Below, piece by piece: positions 1-11,562 of a stretch of 59,893 nucleotides of DNA. How positions within the stretch are numbered: position 1 is the first letter of the stretch; each line of letters opens with the position of its first letter. Below the pieces are notes generated by a model. The model searched no databases, was not told the DNA's origin, and was given only the letters and a program-made list of their open reading frames with translations. The DNA is taken from positions 434,001 through 493,893 of the forward strand of contig JASTWF010000355.1 of assembly GCA_030390025.1 (NCBI GenBank). Reading direction: 5' to 3'. A program made the position numbers and the translations under genes. Source of the stretch: Squalus acanthias (Eukaryota).

Positions 1-861
1 GTATCAGTCGATATCTTCTGGCAATGGTGGTGACCGATCTACTGGTCATTATCAACGAGATCATATTTCTTCGCAACATTTATAAAATTTTCCCCGGATC
101 TTTCCTGTCCATCACCCCTGTATGCAGTGTTATCATTGTCCTGGCTCGTGCATCCATAGACTGTTCAGTCTGGTTAACAATCACTTTCTCCTTTGATCGC
201 TTTGTTGCTATTTGTTGCCAAAAGCTGAAAACAAAATATTGCACCAAGAATACTGCGGCTGTGGTTATAGCAACAACCTGCATTCTGCTGAGTTTGAAAA
301 GTGCTACTTGGTACTTTACATATGAATCTAAGGACATCATCGACAATGTACCGTGGTTTTGTGTTATAAAACCAAACTTTTTTACTGAGCCCGGATGGGT
401 GGCATTTGACTGGTTTGATATGATTTTAACCCCATTGCTCCCATTCGCTTTAATTTTGTTGCTCAACGCTCTGACCGTCAGACACATTTTAGTGGCCAGT
501 CGAGTCCGGAAGGGACTGAGGGGGTCAGAGCAAAGGAGAGAATGACAGCGACCCAGAGATGGAGAGCAGAAGGAAGTCCATCATATTACTCTGCACAATT
601 TCCGGAAGCTGCATAGTTTTGTGGTTGACATATGTTGTAGACATTTTATATTATACCATTGCTGAATCAAATTCCAGAGATTATAATGATTCATTAATTA
701 TCTTTTCACGAGTCGGATATATGCTGCAGAATTTAAGTTGCTGCAGAAACACATTTATTTACGGGGTGACTCAGTCCAAGTTCAGAGAGCAGTTCAAGAG
801 CGCGGTGAAATATCCGTTTACCTTGATTATTAAATTAATTAATAAAAAACAACTGAGCTAA
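1..861 (+). pseudogene. GPR139/GPR142-like class A GPCR coding exon (5' part outside window) with a 1-nt frameshift
   Basis: Frame open from window start (ISRYLLAMVVTDLL); TM3 motif DCSVWLTITFSFDRFVAICC; LLPFALILLLNALTVRHILVASRVR; C-terminal NTFIYGVTQSKFREQ. Deleting one G from the G5 run at 520-524 joins ORFs 24-545 and 559-861 as LRGQSKGENDSDPEMESRRKS. Confidence 0.8.
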
Positions 862-1689
862 GCCCAGAGTTGCTACCGAGACTTTCCAGGTCACTAATCT
901 GCTATTGATCCCTAGGTGTCCCTCTCCTGAATTGCAGCAGGAATCGCTCGATATCTGCATTTCGTTCAGGGACAGGTGAGAAATTGGGATTCGGGTCAGG
1001 CCGCTATTTTGATTGGCTGCTCCGCCATTTGTGTTTCACATGCAGGGCAGCTATTTTGATGAGTTTCAGCTGAGCTCTTGTGTAAGTCAGTCCATCCATT
1101 TCATGCAACAATCCGTGTGTCTCATCCACAGTGATATCTGCTCAACAGGGAGAAAGACAGATCTGGCCTGTAGTTTACAGCACATGACATACTGTTTAGT
1201 GGTAGGTTTTTAAAAAATTAAATCATCAGTTTTATTTACGTATTGAAGAGAAGAACAATCTCAAAATGAAGGTAGTCTTTGAATATTAATAAATAAACAT
1301 GACGATTTATTGAACCGTGCGACTCCTTACTTGTCAACTGGCACTTTCTAATTTTGGCTTGCTATGAAGCGTGTGAGCCTATGTTTTTTATATTGTTAGA
1401 TCCTACTGTCTCTCATCTGTACAATCTATTTGTCCTATTCGCTCTCTATTTCTGTATCTCTGAACTTTCTGTTTGTCTTTCAATCTCTCCTCTTGTTCCT
1501 TGTTATAACTGCTTTCTGTTTCTCAGTGATTCACCTGAAGTTGCTTTTCCTGTATTCATCTTCATCCCTTTGTCTTCCTTTAATTTCGTAGTTCCAGTGC
1601 TCACTAAATGTACTTATCAGAGATAACATAATAGTAGTAGTAATAAATGATATATCATACAGTAAGATAGAAAAAAATACTATATGTTT

Positions 1690-2600
1690 TGCAAATAGGA
1701 CGAGAAGGGATCGCTCACTCTAATAGGGATAAACTCTAGATCACCTAATAGTGGAAGGGAAGTGGAGGGAGAAATATACATGGAAATTTATGGAATGCGT
1801 AAAATACATGGAATACAATCACCGAAATTTCAACCGCCACAATATAAACTGTCAAGAAGAGGTAGGGATATGGGGCAATGGAATGCAGTTTTTATGGATT
1901 GTACAGAACATTTTTACGTAGGACGTCAGAAGTCCAACAAGAAATGAGTGACTGTTGGATGTAGAAATGAGAAATAGGACAAAGCAGGCAACAAAAGCAA
2001 GTGTAGAGGAGCATGGAGGCAAAGGCGATCACAACATAATAAGGTTTAAGAGATTGCGTGAGAAAGACTTATGTATGACAAGGACCAATGCAATAGAATG
2101 GGAAAAAGCTTCTTATAAGGGGATGATAATGGAATTAGGACAAGTCAGCTGGAAAAAGTACTGACAAAGAGCTGTGGCAAATATTTACAATGAGCTCATG
2201 AAAATTATGTGGAAGTTTATTCCATTCAAACACAGACAAACAATTCAATAATGAGACAGCATGGATGAATAAAGGGAAAAGGGTAAAATTGAAATTAATT
2301 AAAAAAGGCATAAACTAATACATAGACAAGAATGAGAGGTTGACAAAAGCGATAGGAACAAGTTAGGAAATACGTCATCAATCAATCAGGAAGGCAAGGA
2401 GGAATTACGAATCAAAAACATACGTAACAAAAGGAAAATTAAGATGGCGAAAAGGCCGCTAAGGGACGCACAATATAAAACCACAGGTAATCACAGAAAT
2501 TTACGGCGCAGAAGGAGGCCATTCGGCACATGGTGTCTGTGCCGGAAATGTCAGTGAAATGGCAGAAATATTGAATAGTTACTTTGCTCAGTTTAAAAGG
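1690..2600 (+). mobile_element. Degraded CR1-type LINE ORF2 fragment (endonuclease/linker region)
   Basis: Remnant motifs ..SPNSGREVEGEI.., GKGDHNIIRF, EMAEILNSYFA match CR1 ORF2; many stops and frameshifts. Confidence 0.6.
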
Positions 2601-2604
2601 GTAG

Positions 2605-3165
2605 ATCGTGACGTCATTGCCTTGCGCCTCGCCCCGGTAGCGCCTGGGACCCGATCTTCGGTTCCGTCCCCTGCAGCATCGCCGGCCGAAAACACCGACA
2701 GCTGTAGGAGGCTTTGTCCGGGAGGCCGGGCGCTTCGGGGGCGGAAGTTAAAGGGGACTTTGCCGAGGTAAGTAGGAACATTTCGATTCTGTTCTTAATC
2801 ATTGTTTTCAAATATCCTGGGCAGCCATCGAAGAGCCTGGTACTCTACTGGAGTTCCTGGCGGTGATCGGGCCGGATCGCTGCTGCCGTCGGGGACCAGC
2901 TAACTGGTCCCAAAGCACTTCCTGCAGTGCTGGCCCCTCCCTTTAATGGAGGGAAAAACCCTCGGATCGCTGCACTACTACCGCCCCACCTGCGTCCTTT
3001 AGTGCCCCAGGACGGAAGAGGAGCGCTTGATTTAGAACTCCACTTCCTTCCTGGGGCACAAACAAATGATTTTGCAAAAGCTGGGAATCAGTAGCACCTG
3101 GCGCTAAGTTTCGCAGCTTTCAAAAATTACCGCCCTCAAATGGGGTGATAATGAAGTTCTCCCCC
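2605..3165. mobile_element. GC-rich non-autonomous DNA transposon (MITE-like) fragment interrupting the CR1
   Basis: Abrupt CpG-rich block between two collinear CR1 pieces, ending in GAAGTTCTCCCCC; left TIR not found. Confidence 0.3.
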
Positions 3166-4200
3166 ATGGACTTTCAAAAGGCCTTTGATAAAGTAGCACA
3201 TAGTAGACTCGTGACTAAAGTCAGAGCAAGTGGCGTTCGGGCACAAATGGTAAAATGAATAGCAAACGGTGCTACAAATAGATACTAGGGGTTAAAGTTA
3301 CCGACTCAGTCTGGTTGAAGGAGGGAAGTGGAATTTCAAAGGGATCGCTACCGGGACAGCAGCTGTTCACCCTTTACATAAATGTTTTGGATTCTGGAAT
3401 CGGAAGTACAATTTTAAAGTTTGTGGATCAAACCATTTGCTGGGTATAGTTAATACTGAGCAAGACTGCAAAACATTACAAGACCACATTAACAAACTTG
3501 TAAATTGGGCATGTAAAATGGCAAATTAATTTCACTATCGGTAAGTGTGAGGTGGTGCCTTATTTAGCTGAATGTGGAAGCCAAATACACCTTAGAAAAT
3601 AAGACATTAAATGTGGTAAAGTCGCAAAAGGATCCAGCGGTACAAATCCACACATCATGAATAGTAGCAACGCAGGTTGACAGAGCCATAAAAAGTGCAA
3701 TAAAAAGCCTCGGATTAAAATCTAGTTGAAATGAATACGAAAGCAGAGAATTTATGTTGACCTCATATAGAACACAAAGAATACTGTAGACAGTTCAGGT
3801 TTCCATATTACAGCAAGAATATAAACAAACTGGAGAAATTGCACTACAGATTTAAAAGAATGACACCAGAACTGAGAGGATGCAAATATCCGGATAGACT
3901 GAACAAGCTGGGGTTCTTTTCACTAGAAAATAGAAGACTGAGAGGTGACAAGTTGGAGGTCTTCAAAAATTATGAAGGTTTTCCATAGGCTAGAGGTAAA
4001 GCAGTTGTTTCCAATTGTAGGGGAGTCCAAAACTAGGTGCAAATAATATAAAATAGTCGCTAAGAAATCTAACACGCAATTCAGAAGAAACTCCTTTATT
4101 CTTGAGAACGTGTAACTCGCTACTACAAGGAGTGGTTGGGGTGAATAGCATAGATACAGTTCAGGAGAAGCTAGATTAGTAAATACAGGAGATAGGAATA
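3166..4200 (+). mobile_element. Degraded CR1 LINE RT domain to 3' end
   Basis: MDFQKAFDKVAH at 3166, a degenerate KFADD-like motif near 3417, and LGFFSLENRRLRGD near 3909. Confidence 0.75.
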
Positions 4201-4214
4201 AGAACTGATGAATA

Positions 4215-4460
4215 TAAGAACATACGAAATAAGAGCAGCAGTAGGCCATACGGCCCCAAAAGCCTGCTCCGCCATTCAATAAGATCATGGCTGATCATCG
4301 ACCTCAACTCCACTTTGCCGTCCGATCGCCATCTACCTTCATTCCCTTAGAGTCCAAATATCTATCTATCTCAGCCTTGAATATACTCAAAGACTGACTG
4401 TTCACAGCTCTCTGGGGCACAGAATTCCAAAGATTCACAACGTAATGAGTGAAGACACTT
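4215..4460 (-). mobile_element. CR1/HER1 3'-end fragment
   Basis: Minus-strand translation VVNLWNSVPQRAV..IFKAEIDRYLDSKG followed by the typical 3' UTR and tail. Confidence 0.75.
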
Positions 4461-4496
4461 CTACCACTTGCCCGGCTACATTCCCTGGAATTAGAT

Positions 4497-4600
4497 AGAA
4501 AGAAAGAGAGAGAAAGATAAAGAAAGAAAGAGAGAGAGAAAGAGAAAGAGAGAAAGAAAGTAAGAAAGAGAGAAAGAAAGAGAGGAAGAAAGAAAGAAAG
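4497..4600 (+). repeat. Purine microsatellite (GAAA/GA)n
   Basis: Direct inspection. Confidence 0.9.
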
Positions 4601-4654
4601 AGCGACCGATCGACGAACAGCAATTAATTGAATGACAGGATTATTTGAGGTAGG

Positions 4655-4792
4655 TCTTGGTTCGGACGCCAGGAGGATTACCCTGCTCTTCTTCAAAAAG
4701 AGCTTTGAGGGCAGATGGGGGCCTCAGTTTAATGTGGCATGCAGAAAGACGGCACCTCAGACAGTGCAGCTCTCGCTCAGTACTACACTGCA
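4655..4792 (-). mobile_element. Deu-domain SINE fragment (SacSINE1/AmnSINE-like), antisense
   Basis: Reverse complement matches 4900-5050 (CAGTACTGAG..GCTGCACTGTC.GAGG.., GAAGAGCAGGG). Confidence 0.65.
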
Positions 4793-4799
4793 GTAAGCT

Positions 4800-5262
4800 C
4801 CGCACTGTCAGAGGGGCCGCTCTGTCAGAGGGGCAGTACTGAGGGAGCGCTGCATTGTCGGAGGGGCAGTACTAAGGGAGGGCCGTACTGGCGGAGGGGC
4901 AGTAGTGAGGGAGTGCTGCACTGTCGGAGGTTCCCTCTTTCGCAAGAGATGTTAAAGCGAGGGCCCGACTGCTCTCTCAGGTGGATGTAAAGAGATCTCA
5001 TTGCACTATTTCGATGAAGAGCAGGGGGAGTTATCCCTGGGGTCCTGGCCAATATTTATTCCTCATCCAGCTTCACTAAAAAACAGATGCTCTGATAATT
5101 ATCACATTGCTGTTTGTGGGAGCTTGCTGTGTGAAAATTGGCTTCCGCGTTTCCTACATTACAACAATCTCTACACTCCAAAAATTACTTCATTGGCTGT
5201 AAAGCGCTTTGGGACGTCCGGTGGTCGTGAAAGGCGCTATAGAAATAGAAGTCTTTCTTTTC
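4800..5262 (+). mobile_element. Deu-domain SINE (SacSINE1/AmnSINE-like) with ~32-bp tandem duplications at its 5' side
   Basis: GAGGGAGTGCTGCACTGTCGGAGG..GATGTTAAA.CGAGG.CCC..CAGGTGGATGTAAA core; tail GGCTGTAAAGCGCTTTGGGACGTCC..GAAAGGCGCTATAGAAAT..TCTTTCTTTC. Confidence 0.75.
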
Positions 5263-5530
5263 TCCATTAGAATTGACGAGCTGGTTTGCATCAATGTGCA
5301 CTGATTCAATATATTTGATGCTTTCAGAGGGACCTTACATCAACGTTTTATTCAAAGGAAGAAAGCTGAGCAGGTAAATCAAATCCCGGATTAATATATG
5401 GTCATTTCACGCTCCTCACTAAACTTCGCATTTTGAATGCTGACGGGCTGAATCGTGTCGTTCCTAAGCTTAATATCAACAGCGATCCCTTCCCCAGAAC
5501 CCCACGGTAGAAATTACTGTTTAAGGCAAT

Positions 5531-6294
5531 GGCCCATCATTTCCGATCGGAGGTTTCCTGCGTGCGGATGCCTCCTACCGGAAAAAAATCTACGCTCTCA
5601 GCTGAGGACTCCCGAGGTGCGTCCAATTCAGCTCCTGGGTCTCTCCACAGTCGAAATGCGCAGAGGCCCAGGTATCCCAGGGGCGCGAGCAGTTCGCAAG
5701 CTTTTCTGGGATAATGTGGGCCAGGCCAGCCAATAGGAGAAGGGAATCTCCCTTCATGCTTTTGACAGATAGACTCGTCAAATGTATGAATGGAGATCAC
5801 CCCAAAAACAGATCAAAACATTAAATACATTTTTTAAAAGCCATCACGTTTTTAAACTCAGTTAAAATGACATAAACTTAAATATTTTATACAAAAATCT
5901 AATTTTTTGAAAAAATAATTAAAATCTTTTACGTGGCTAAAAATAAATTTACCTTTTTTAAAAGTATTTTTAAATTATAAATGCTGTAAAAAAAATATTT
6001 TTTTCAACTTTTTTAAACTCTTCTGCTGTCAAAGCAGGCCTTAGACCAGGCGGAAGATTTCTAAGGGTTTTCAGCGGGCACAGATTCTCCAGAAAACTGA
6101 TCTCTCCCCACCCCCCCTCCCACGCAGAGGCCCTTCTCCAGGGCAGGCGTCCGATCTAGCAAGAGCATTCTTGACAGATCGGAAATGCCGGTTTTCTGCA
6201 CGTGCGCTTGGCATGCCTGATACCGGCATTTGCGATGTCCCGACGGGTGTGTACACAGCTCGTACGCACCCGTAAGCATCGGAAAATACGGCCC
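5531..6294. mobile_element. MITE with imperfect terminal inverted repeats (possibly PIF/Harbinger-derived)
   Basis: Left end GGCCCATCATTTCCGAT vs reverse complement of right end GGGCCGTATTTTCCGAT; AT-rich core 5810-6020 with GC-rich arms; flanks AAT/ATT. Confidence 0.5.
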
Positions 6295-6349
6295 ATTACT
6301 TTAACACATCTTAGCGCCTTTAACAATAACGGGTCACAAAAGAACAAAA

Positions 6350-6757
6350 TAATTAGGAGCAGGAGTCGGCCATTCGGCCCCTCGAGCCTGCTCCACATTT
6401 CAATAAGATCATGGTTGATCTTCGACCTCAACTCCACTTTCCCGCCCGATCTCCATATCCCTTGATTCCCCTAGAGTCCAAAAATCTATCGATCCCAGCC
6501 TTGAATATACTGAATGACTGAGCCTCCACAGCCCTTTGGTGTAGATAATTTCAAAGATTCACAGCCCTCTGAGTGAGGAAATTTCTCCTCATCTCAGTCT
6601 TAAATGGCCGACACCTTATCCTGAGACTATGGCCCCCAGTTCTACACAATCCAGCCAGGGGAAACAACCTCTCAGCATCTACCCTGTCAATCCCCATTAA
6701 GAATCTCATATCTTTCAATGAGATCAACTCTATTTCTTCTAAACTCCAGAGAGTATA
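6350..6757 (-). mobile_element. CR1/HER1 3'-end fragment
   Basis: AGGAGCAGGAGT.GGCCATTCGGCCCCTCGAGCCTGCTCC tail shared with copies at 21308, 25213 and 54233. Confidence 0.8.
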
Positions 6758-6889
6758 GTGCTGAAGACTTCATGTCTGGGTTACAGTATTGGACAAGCCA
6801 TAAAACACAGCAAGGCACCTCGGCTTTGATAAACCGGATAATTATACCCGCAATATATCACCGTACACCGATCGTTCCAATGGTTTTGG

Positions 6890-7040
6890 GTCTTTCAAAA
6901 GGGGAAGTGGACAAATACTTCAAAAAGGAAAAGTGCGATGGGCTACGGGGAAAGAGCTGGGGGGAGCGGGACTAATTGGAGAGCTCTTTCAAAGAGCTGG
7001 CACAGGCACGATCGGCTGAAAAAGACACTTCTATGTGACT
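6890..7040 (+). mobile_element. Short CR1 3'-end fragment
   Basis: ..KGEVDKYF..GGGCTACGGGGAAAGAGC..GGCACAGGCACGAT.GGCTGAA CR1 3' UTR pattern. Confidence 0.5.
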
Positions 7041-7133
7041 GCATTACTCCATGAATGAATTTCAGCCGTTATTTACAGCACAGAGAACTGACGACAGTGT
7101 TAAGTGCTGTAGCCTTGATTTCATTGCTCATGG

Positions 7134-8325
7134 TGTAGGCTTCGCAAAATCCCCCAGAAACTCGAACAGAGCACTAAAGGGAGTGATTTTTGGACTTTTC
7201 ATACAAACTTGGGATGATGGGACCTCAGTGAAGTGATTTGATGTAAAAACCTAAAGATCACAAGAAGAAAACCTGAGGAAACTGATTTTTTTTAATCTTA
7301 TTGTTGGGAGAGACATTTTTTTTCACAGACAAGCTGCGAGGGGCGTGGCCGGTCCGTGAATGGATCAAGCTGTCTGGGAATTGTTTGAGACAATGCAAAA
7401 CTCACAAACACATTCAAATATGGATTCCCTGGGGCAAACAAGATGCTGGTAATCTAAAAACGATTCAATGACAATATAACTTTTATCACAAAGTTTCATA
7501 GCCATTATCCCATCCAAAAAACAAATCAACCAGGTATCCAGAGAACCGATTTAAAAGCCCGCCAACAGAAGGACAATAGCGTGAAGATTTGGCGCGCAGA
7601 TAAGGCTGTGTTTAAATCGGAAAACGATTAACACGAAGCAAAAACCAGCGGAACTGGCAAGCCCGCCAAATACTAGACAATTGGACTAAGCAAGGTTCAT
7701 TTACAATGAAAAAGGAATTCGTTTTAGGAAGAGGTTTTTGGGCGCGAAAAAGAAACAATATAATTTGAGAGCCTGTGCCATAATTTCTCTCTCTTTCGGA
7801 CTGACTGACGACGCGGACACAGCTCTTTCCCTGCTCCAGCAAAACTTACCACAAGCCACGAGGAAGAAGGCCAGAAGACTAGCACGCAAGAAGAAACCAG
7901 AGCGACTGCCTCAGTGACCATCAGACACCTCGCAGTAACAAGGGCCTTACGGAGTCCTTTTAAACGAAAGACTGTAATATCCTGTCAAGGATTCGTTGGT
8001 GAGCATTATCCCTGATCTCCTGAAACCAAAAACCTAGCTAGATAGTGGGATCCTTGGGAGGGATAAGGTTTTGTTTGATATATTGTCATTTCCCTCGCTT
8101 GTACCGTGTGTTCCCCAAATCTGTGTTTAAGTAATAAGTGTGTTTCAAGTTTGTTACCTTTTTCTTTTAATAAAGTAAAATTCTTTCATCAGAACCTGTT
8201 TACTGCAATTTTGTTCACAACCCTTAAATAAGCCCAATGTCTAGGAAGCGGAGGGGTGTTGGAGCGATTCGAACCGCTCACTGTGTCAGAAAGCGATTGC
8301 TGACCCCATTAAGATACTCCTTACA
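7134..8325 (+). repeat. 5' LTR (1192 bp)
   Basis: Starts TGTAGGCTTCGCAAAATCCCCCAG, ends CCTTACA; aligns with 14187-15237; TATA-like TATAAT near 7759; AATAAA near 8169. Confidence 0.9.
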
Positions 8326-8329
8326 TGAA

Positions 8330-8347
8330 TGGCGACCGCGGCAGGAC
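8330..8347 (+). promoter_or_regulatory. Primer-binding site, tRNA-Arg(TCG)
   Basis: TGGCGACCGCGGCAGGAC, 4 nt after the LTR, is the reverse complement of GTCCTGCCGCGGTCG-CCA, the 3' end of vertebrate tRNA-Arg(TCG) as I recall it. Confidence 0.85.
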
Positions 8348-8400
8348 TTTGGCGCAAGGGTTGTGAAGCAGTAAATGCTGGTTTTGAGGAGAGAACAAAA

Positions 8401-10151
8401 ATGGAAGAGAGGATGTCATCCTATGTATATAAAAAAGTAAATATCACCAAGAAATGGGTCCTCAGGCTGTTGTATGCTGAACGTCCTATGGACGCTGCAG
8501 CTGCATGGACTTAGAGCAAGGAATACAATAAGTCTGTGGAGTAAGCAATATGGTTGATCTGCTCCCAGAAACAAATGCAGCTTATGGGGAAGCCCATTCA
8601 GTCTCTCACAGAAGAGCTAAAGGAAGAAAGCCAACTGTCCCGTGCCAGAGCTATAGCAGGGGATAGGTTGTTAGCAGAGCTCGGCACAAACGATCAGGAA
8701 CAGTCACAGATGCTGGAGGAACACCGTGCCAGTAAGTGATACCTCCAGTGTCAGGCCACCGAGGACAAAAGTAGTGAACTGACATTGCGGGAAGTGTACA
8801 CCCGCCTTGCCAAGCAATTAAGGGAACTCAGAGAAAAGTTAAACGATGTTCAGGCAGACTATAGAGTAGCCAGTACAAGGGAGTTTCAGGTAGGGGACCA
8901 CGGCCCCTGTCACAAGCAGATTGAGAGTCTGAACCTTGCTCTGTCAAAGACAAAAGGCATGCTGTGCCTGATAAGCCCGGGTGCGGCCCAGGCAGACCTG
9001 GAAGAGCAGGGGGAGATTGTTCGACCACCACCTGTGGCGCCAAGGTAAAGCTTGGTTAGGCAACAGGAGGTGCAGACAATCTGTGAGGCTGACAGTGAGT
9101 GCACACCAGCACCTGTGGCGCCGAGTTTTGACTCGGTCTGGCAGCAGGGAGAGGGGGGCGAACCAATGCAGGAGAAGTCGGAGCCAGGGCCAATGTGCAA
9201 AGCACGACAGCAAAAATTCGGCCCGCCCGCCGGTGGTGGAGGTCAGGGACCCCTTGAAAGTCAATTCTTGGCTCCCCACGGTACACAACAGCTTAGGGCT
9301 ATGGTAAGCCACCTGAGTAAACTTACCCAAAAGGAAGACCCCTCAGTCCACTTCATGGAGGTGGAGCAATCTGCGGCCAGTAACGATTGTGACAATGCCG
9401 AAATGCCAAAATTGCTCCTGTTCTCATTAAATGGCAAATTGTACCAGTCACTCTCTACTGAGAGCAAGAGAGGACAGAACGGGTATGCGGCCATCAGGGA
9501 GGAAGTTTTAGAGGCCATGGGAATGAATGAGGGAAGTCCTTTCTCCCGGGTGGTGAAAACAGTGCAGCTCGCAGGGGAGACACCACAGGCTTTCGCAGAC
9601 AGGCTGTGGCCGGTGTACAGGGGTGCTTGTAATGGGGCTCTCGACAGAGCTAACCTGAACAGGGACGAGCTGGCCCACTGGCTCCGTAGCCTAGTGGCAA
9701 ACAGCTTGCCACGAGTAAAAGCCAAGGTTGAGCTTTGGTTTGATCCAAGAGATCCCCGTGTCACCGAGGAGGCAGTTGGCAGGCAACTGACCTAGCCTAC
9801 CGGAACGGTAGGGGGGCTGAAGACACCCCACCGAAAGGGAAGGTGCATGAGATAAAGCCCAGTCAGGATAAGAAGGAGTGGCACCAGGAAGGTGGTAAAC
9901 CTTCCGTCACGAAGCGTAACTGCTTCGGGTGCGGGAAGAGGGGGCACTGGAGAAATGAATGTAGAAATCCCTGGAAGGATATGCTAACAAAGAATTCCAC
10001 AGCTTTTGCCCCAAAAGTAGAGGCACCGACCTCTTCCCCCACACTGGACACAATAGTAGCGGCCATCAGAGTCCTGTTTGGTGGCCCGGGGAAAGTAGCT
10101 ACAGCCACTGGTGCATCGATCCCATCTGCCCCTCCTAACGCAGACCTATGA
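8401..10151 (+). pseudogene. gag: gag (coiled-coil N-terminus, capsid-like region, one CCHC zinc knuckle)
   Basis: ORFs 8329, 8554, 8785 and 9052 share one frame, separated by single stops; frameshift near 9793; CFGCGKRGHWRNEC at 9921-9962; capsid-like QLAGETPQAFADRL. Confidence 0.75.
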
Positions 10152-11107
10152 CTGGAACCAGCGCAGCCTGTCTAATGTGTTCCCCGGGATACGATGTTGA
10201 GAAGGGGTTGGAGAAAGTGCAGCGGAGATGTTTGGTGGACACCGGACCTGCCAGCACTGTGGTCCAATCGGCAGACCTGACCAATTCACCCAGGTCTAGC
10301 GGGGTCCCGTACAGTTTAATGGGAATCACAGGGAACAAGCAGGCTGGGGCAATGTCCAAACCTTTGAACATAGATTTAGGATCCCTCCATACCACGTGGG
10401 AGGGTAACCAAAAGGCCGACAAGTTGGCCAAGCAGGGGGCCAGGGAAGGAGAGTTGTGGGATCCCTATCAAGCAGGTCCGGTAGCTGAAATCCGGGACAA
10501 GGGAGCCACACAGCGGGTACCTTTGCCCCTGGACTTGAAGCAGTTCCAAGCCCAGAATCCCGTCTTTAAAGCCGTCCTGGTAAAGAGAGAGAATGGGGAA
10601 TCCCTAGAATGTCCGTTCAGGGCAGAGGACGAGATTTTTAAACAGAGTCACTGGCAAGCAGCCAGTAACCTGGGGAGCCAGCAACATAAAAATCGGCTGC
10701 TGTTAGGAGCCCAGAGAACCCACGGGTGGGAGATTGACCAGTGCAAACTGTTTAAACCTAAAATGGTACAGCCGGAAAAGGTGGACTGCCACCAAGTTAG
10801 AAATCCGCAGCCAGCCGCAACTGTGGCATACGCACAAGCTGCAGCGGGAGGGACAGTGTGTTGTCTCACAGGAGAGGTCTCTCCACCGATTATGTGGTAC
10901 TCAAGCACACCCCCAGTGGCCAGAGCCCTAAGAAGGTCTCCCGCACACCACAGCAAAGGCTACTGTGGCCACAGGTGTATCTGTTTAGATGCTCCCACCC
11001 AAAGAGGGTTACAACCCGAAAAAGAGCGCCCAAGAGCAGGGAGCGTTCTAAAGTTGGGGATTCCCAGCCTACAGCCTCCAACCGTGAGGGTTACACAGGA
11101 GAGGTAG
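10148..11107 (+). pseudogene. pol: Internally deleted pol: protease N-half fused to RNase H C-terminus and integrase remnants; no RT
   Basis: LVDTGPASTVV (D at 10238); EGNQKADKLAKQGAREGELW from 10400; DLKQFQAQNPV; no YxDD and no integrase D,D(35)E core visible. Confidence 0.7.
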
Positions 11108-11562
11108 TACTGGAAGAAGAGAGAGAGAAGGGTCCCCCGCCCGCAGCCTCCGGCTGGGAGGAGCCCACAGATATGAACGAGGGCGCTGCAAACACACAAA
11201 AGGCGGTAATGTGATGCAGCACAGGACGCAGCTGGGATGTTAAGATACCCCCAGCGGTTTTGAGGAAGGCCTTCTGGGTCCGGCGGCACAGGCCGCACTA
11301 CACCCAGGTGTACAAGCCATCCAGAGGCCACATAAGGCAGAGATTGGACAGGATTTAACCTGGCCGTCCGGAGACGGGCGGCAAATGTACGGATTTTTTT
11401 CGGTTTTAAGTAAATGCAGTTTTGGTGGTTATGGGTTATCATTAGTTTAGTTGTTTGTAGAGTTTTTTTTAAGTTTAAGGGCTTGATTAATTATCCAGCC
11501 AGAGAAACTTTCTGGGACATGGATATATGTTTTATGTGTGCTCCTACAGAAAGGACTTCGGG

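Noticed and set aside
1013..1626. Short ORFs after the GPCR
   Set aside because: Low-complexity pyrimidine-rich sequence with no protein motif.
8262..8280. tRNA T-arm-like hairpin GAGCGATTCGAACCGCTC near the LTR end
   Set aside because: No other tRNA arms, and the left arm is altered in the 3' LTR.
10190..10230. DVEKGLEKVQRR resembling CR1 ORF2
   Set aside because: Too short and continuous with the protease DTG; cannot be told from chance.
10858..11442. Accessory ORFs between pol and env (10858-11214 plus, 10960-11442 minus)
   Set aside because: Short, no recognisable motifs, and within a decayed element; needs a multi-copy consensus.
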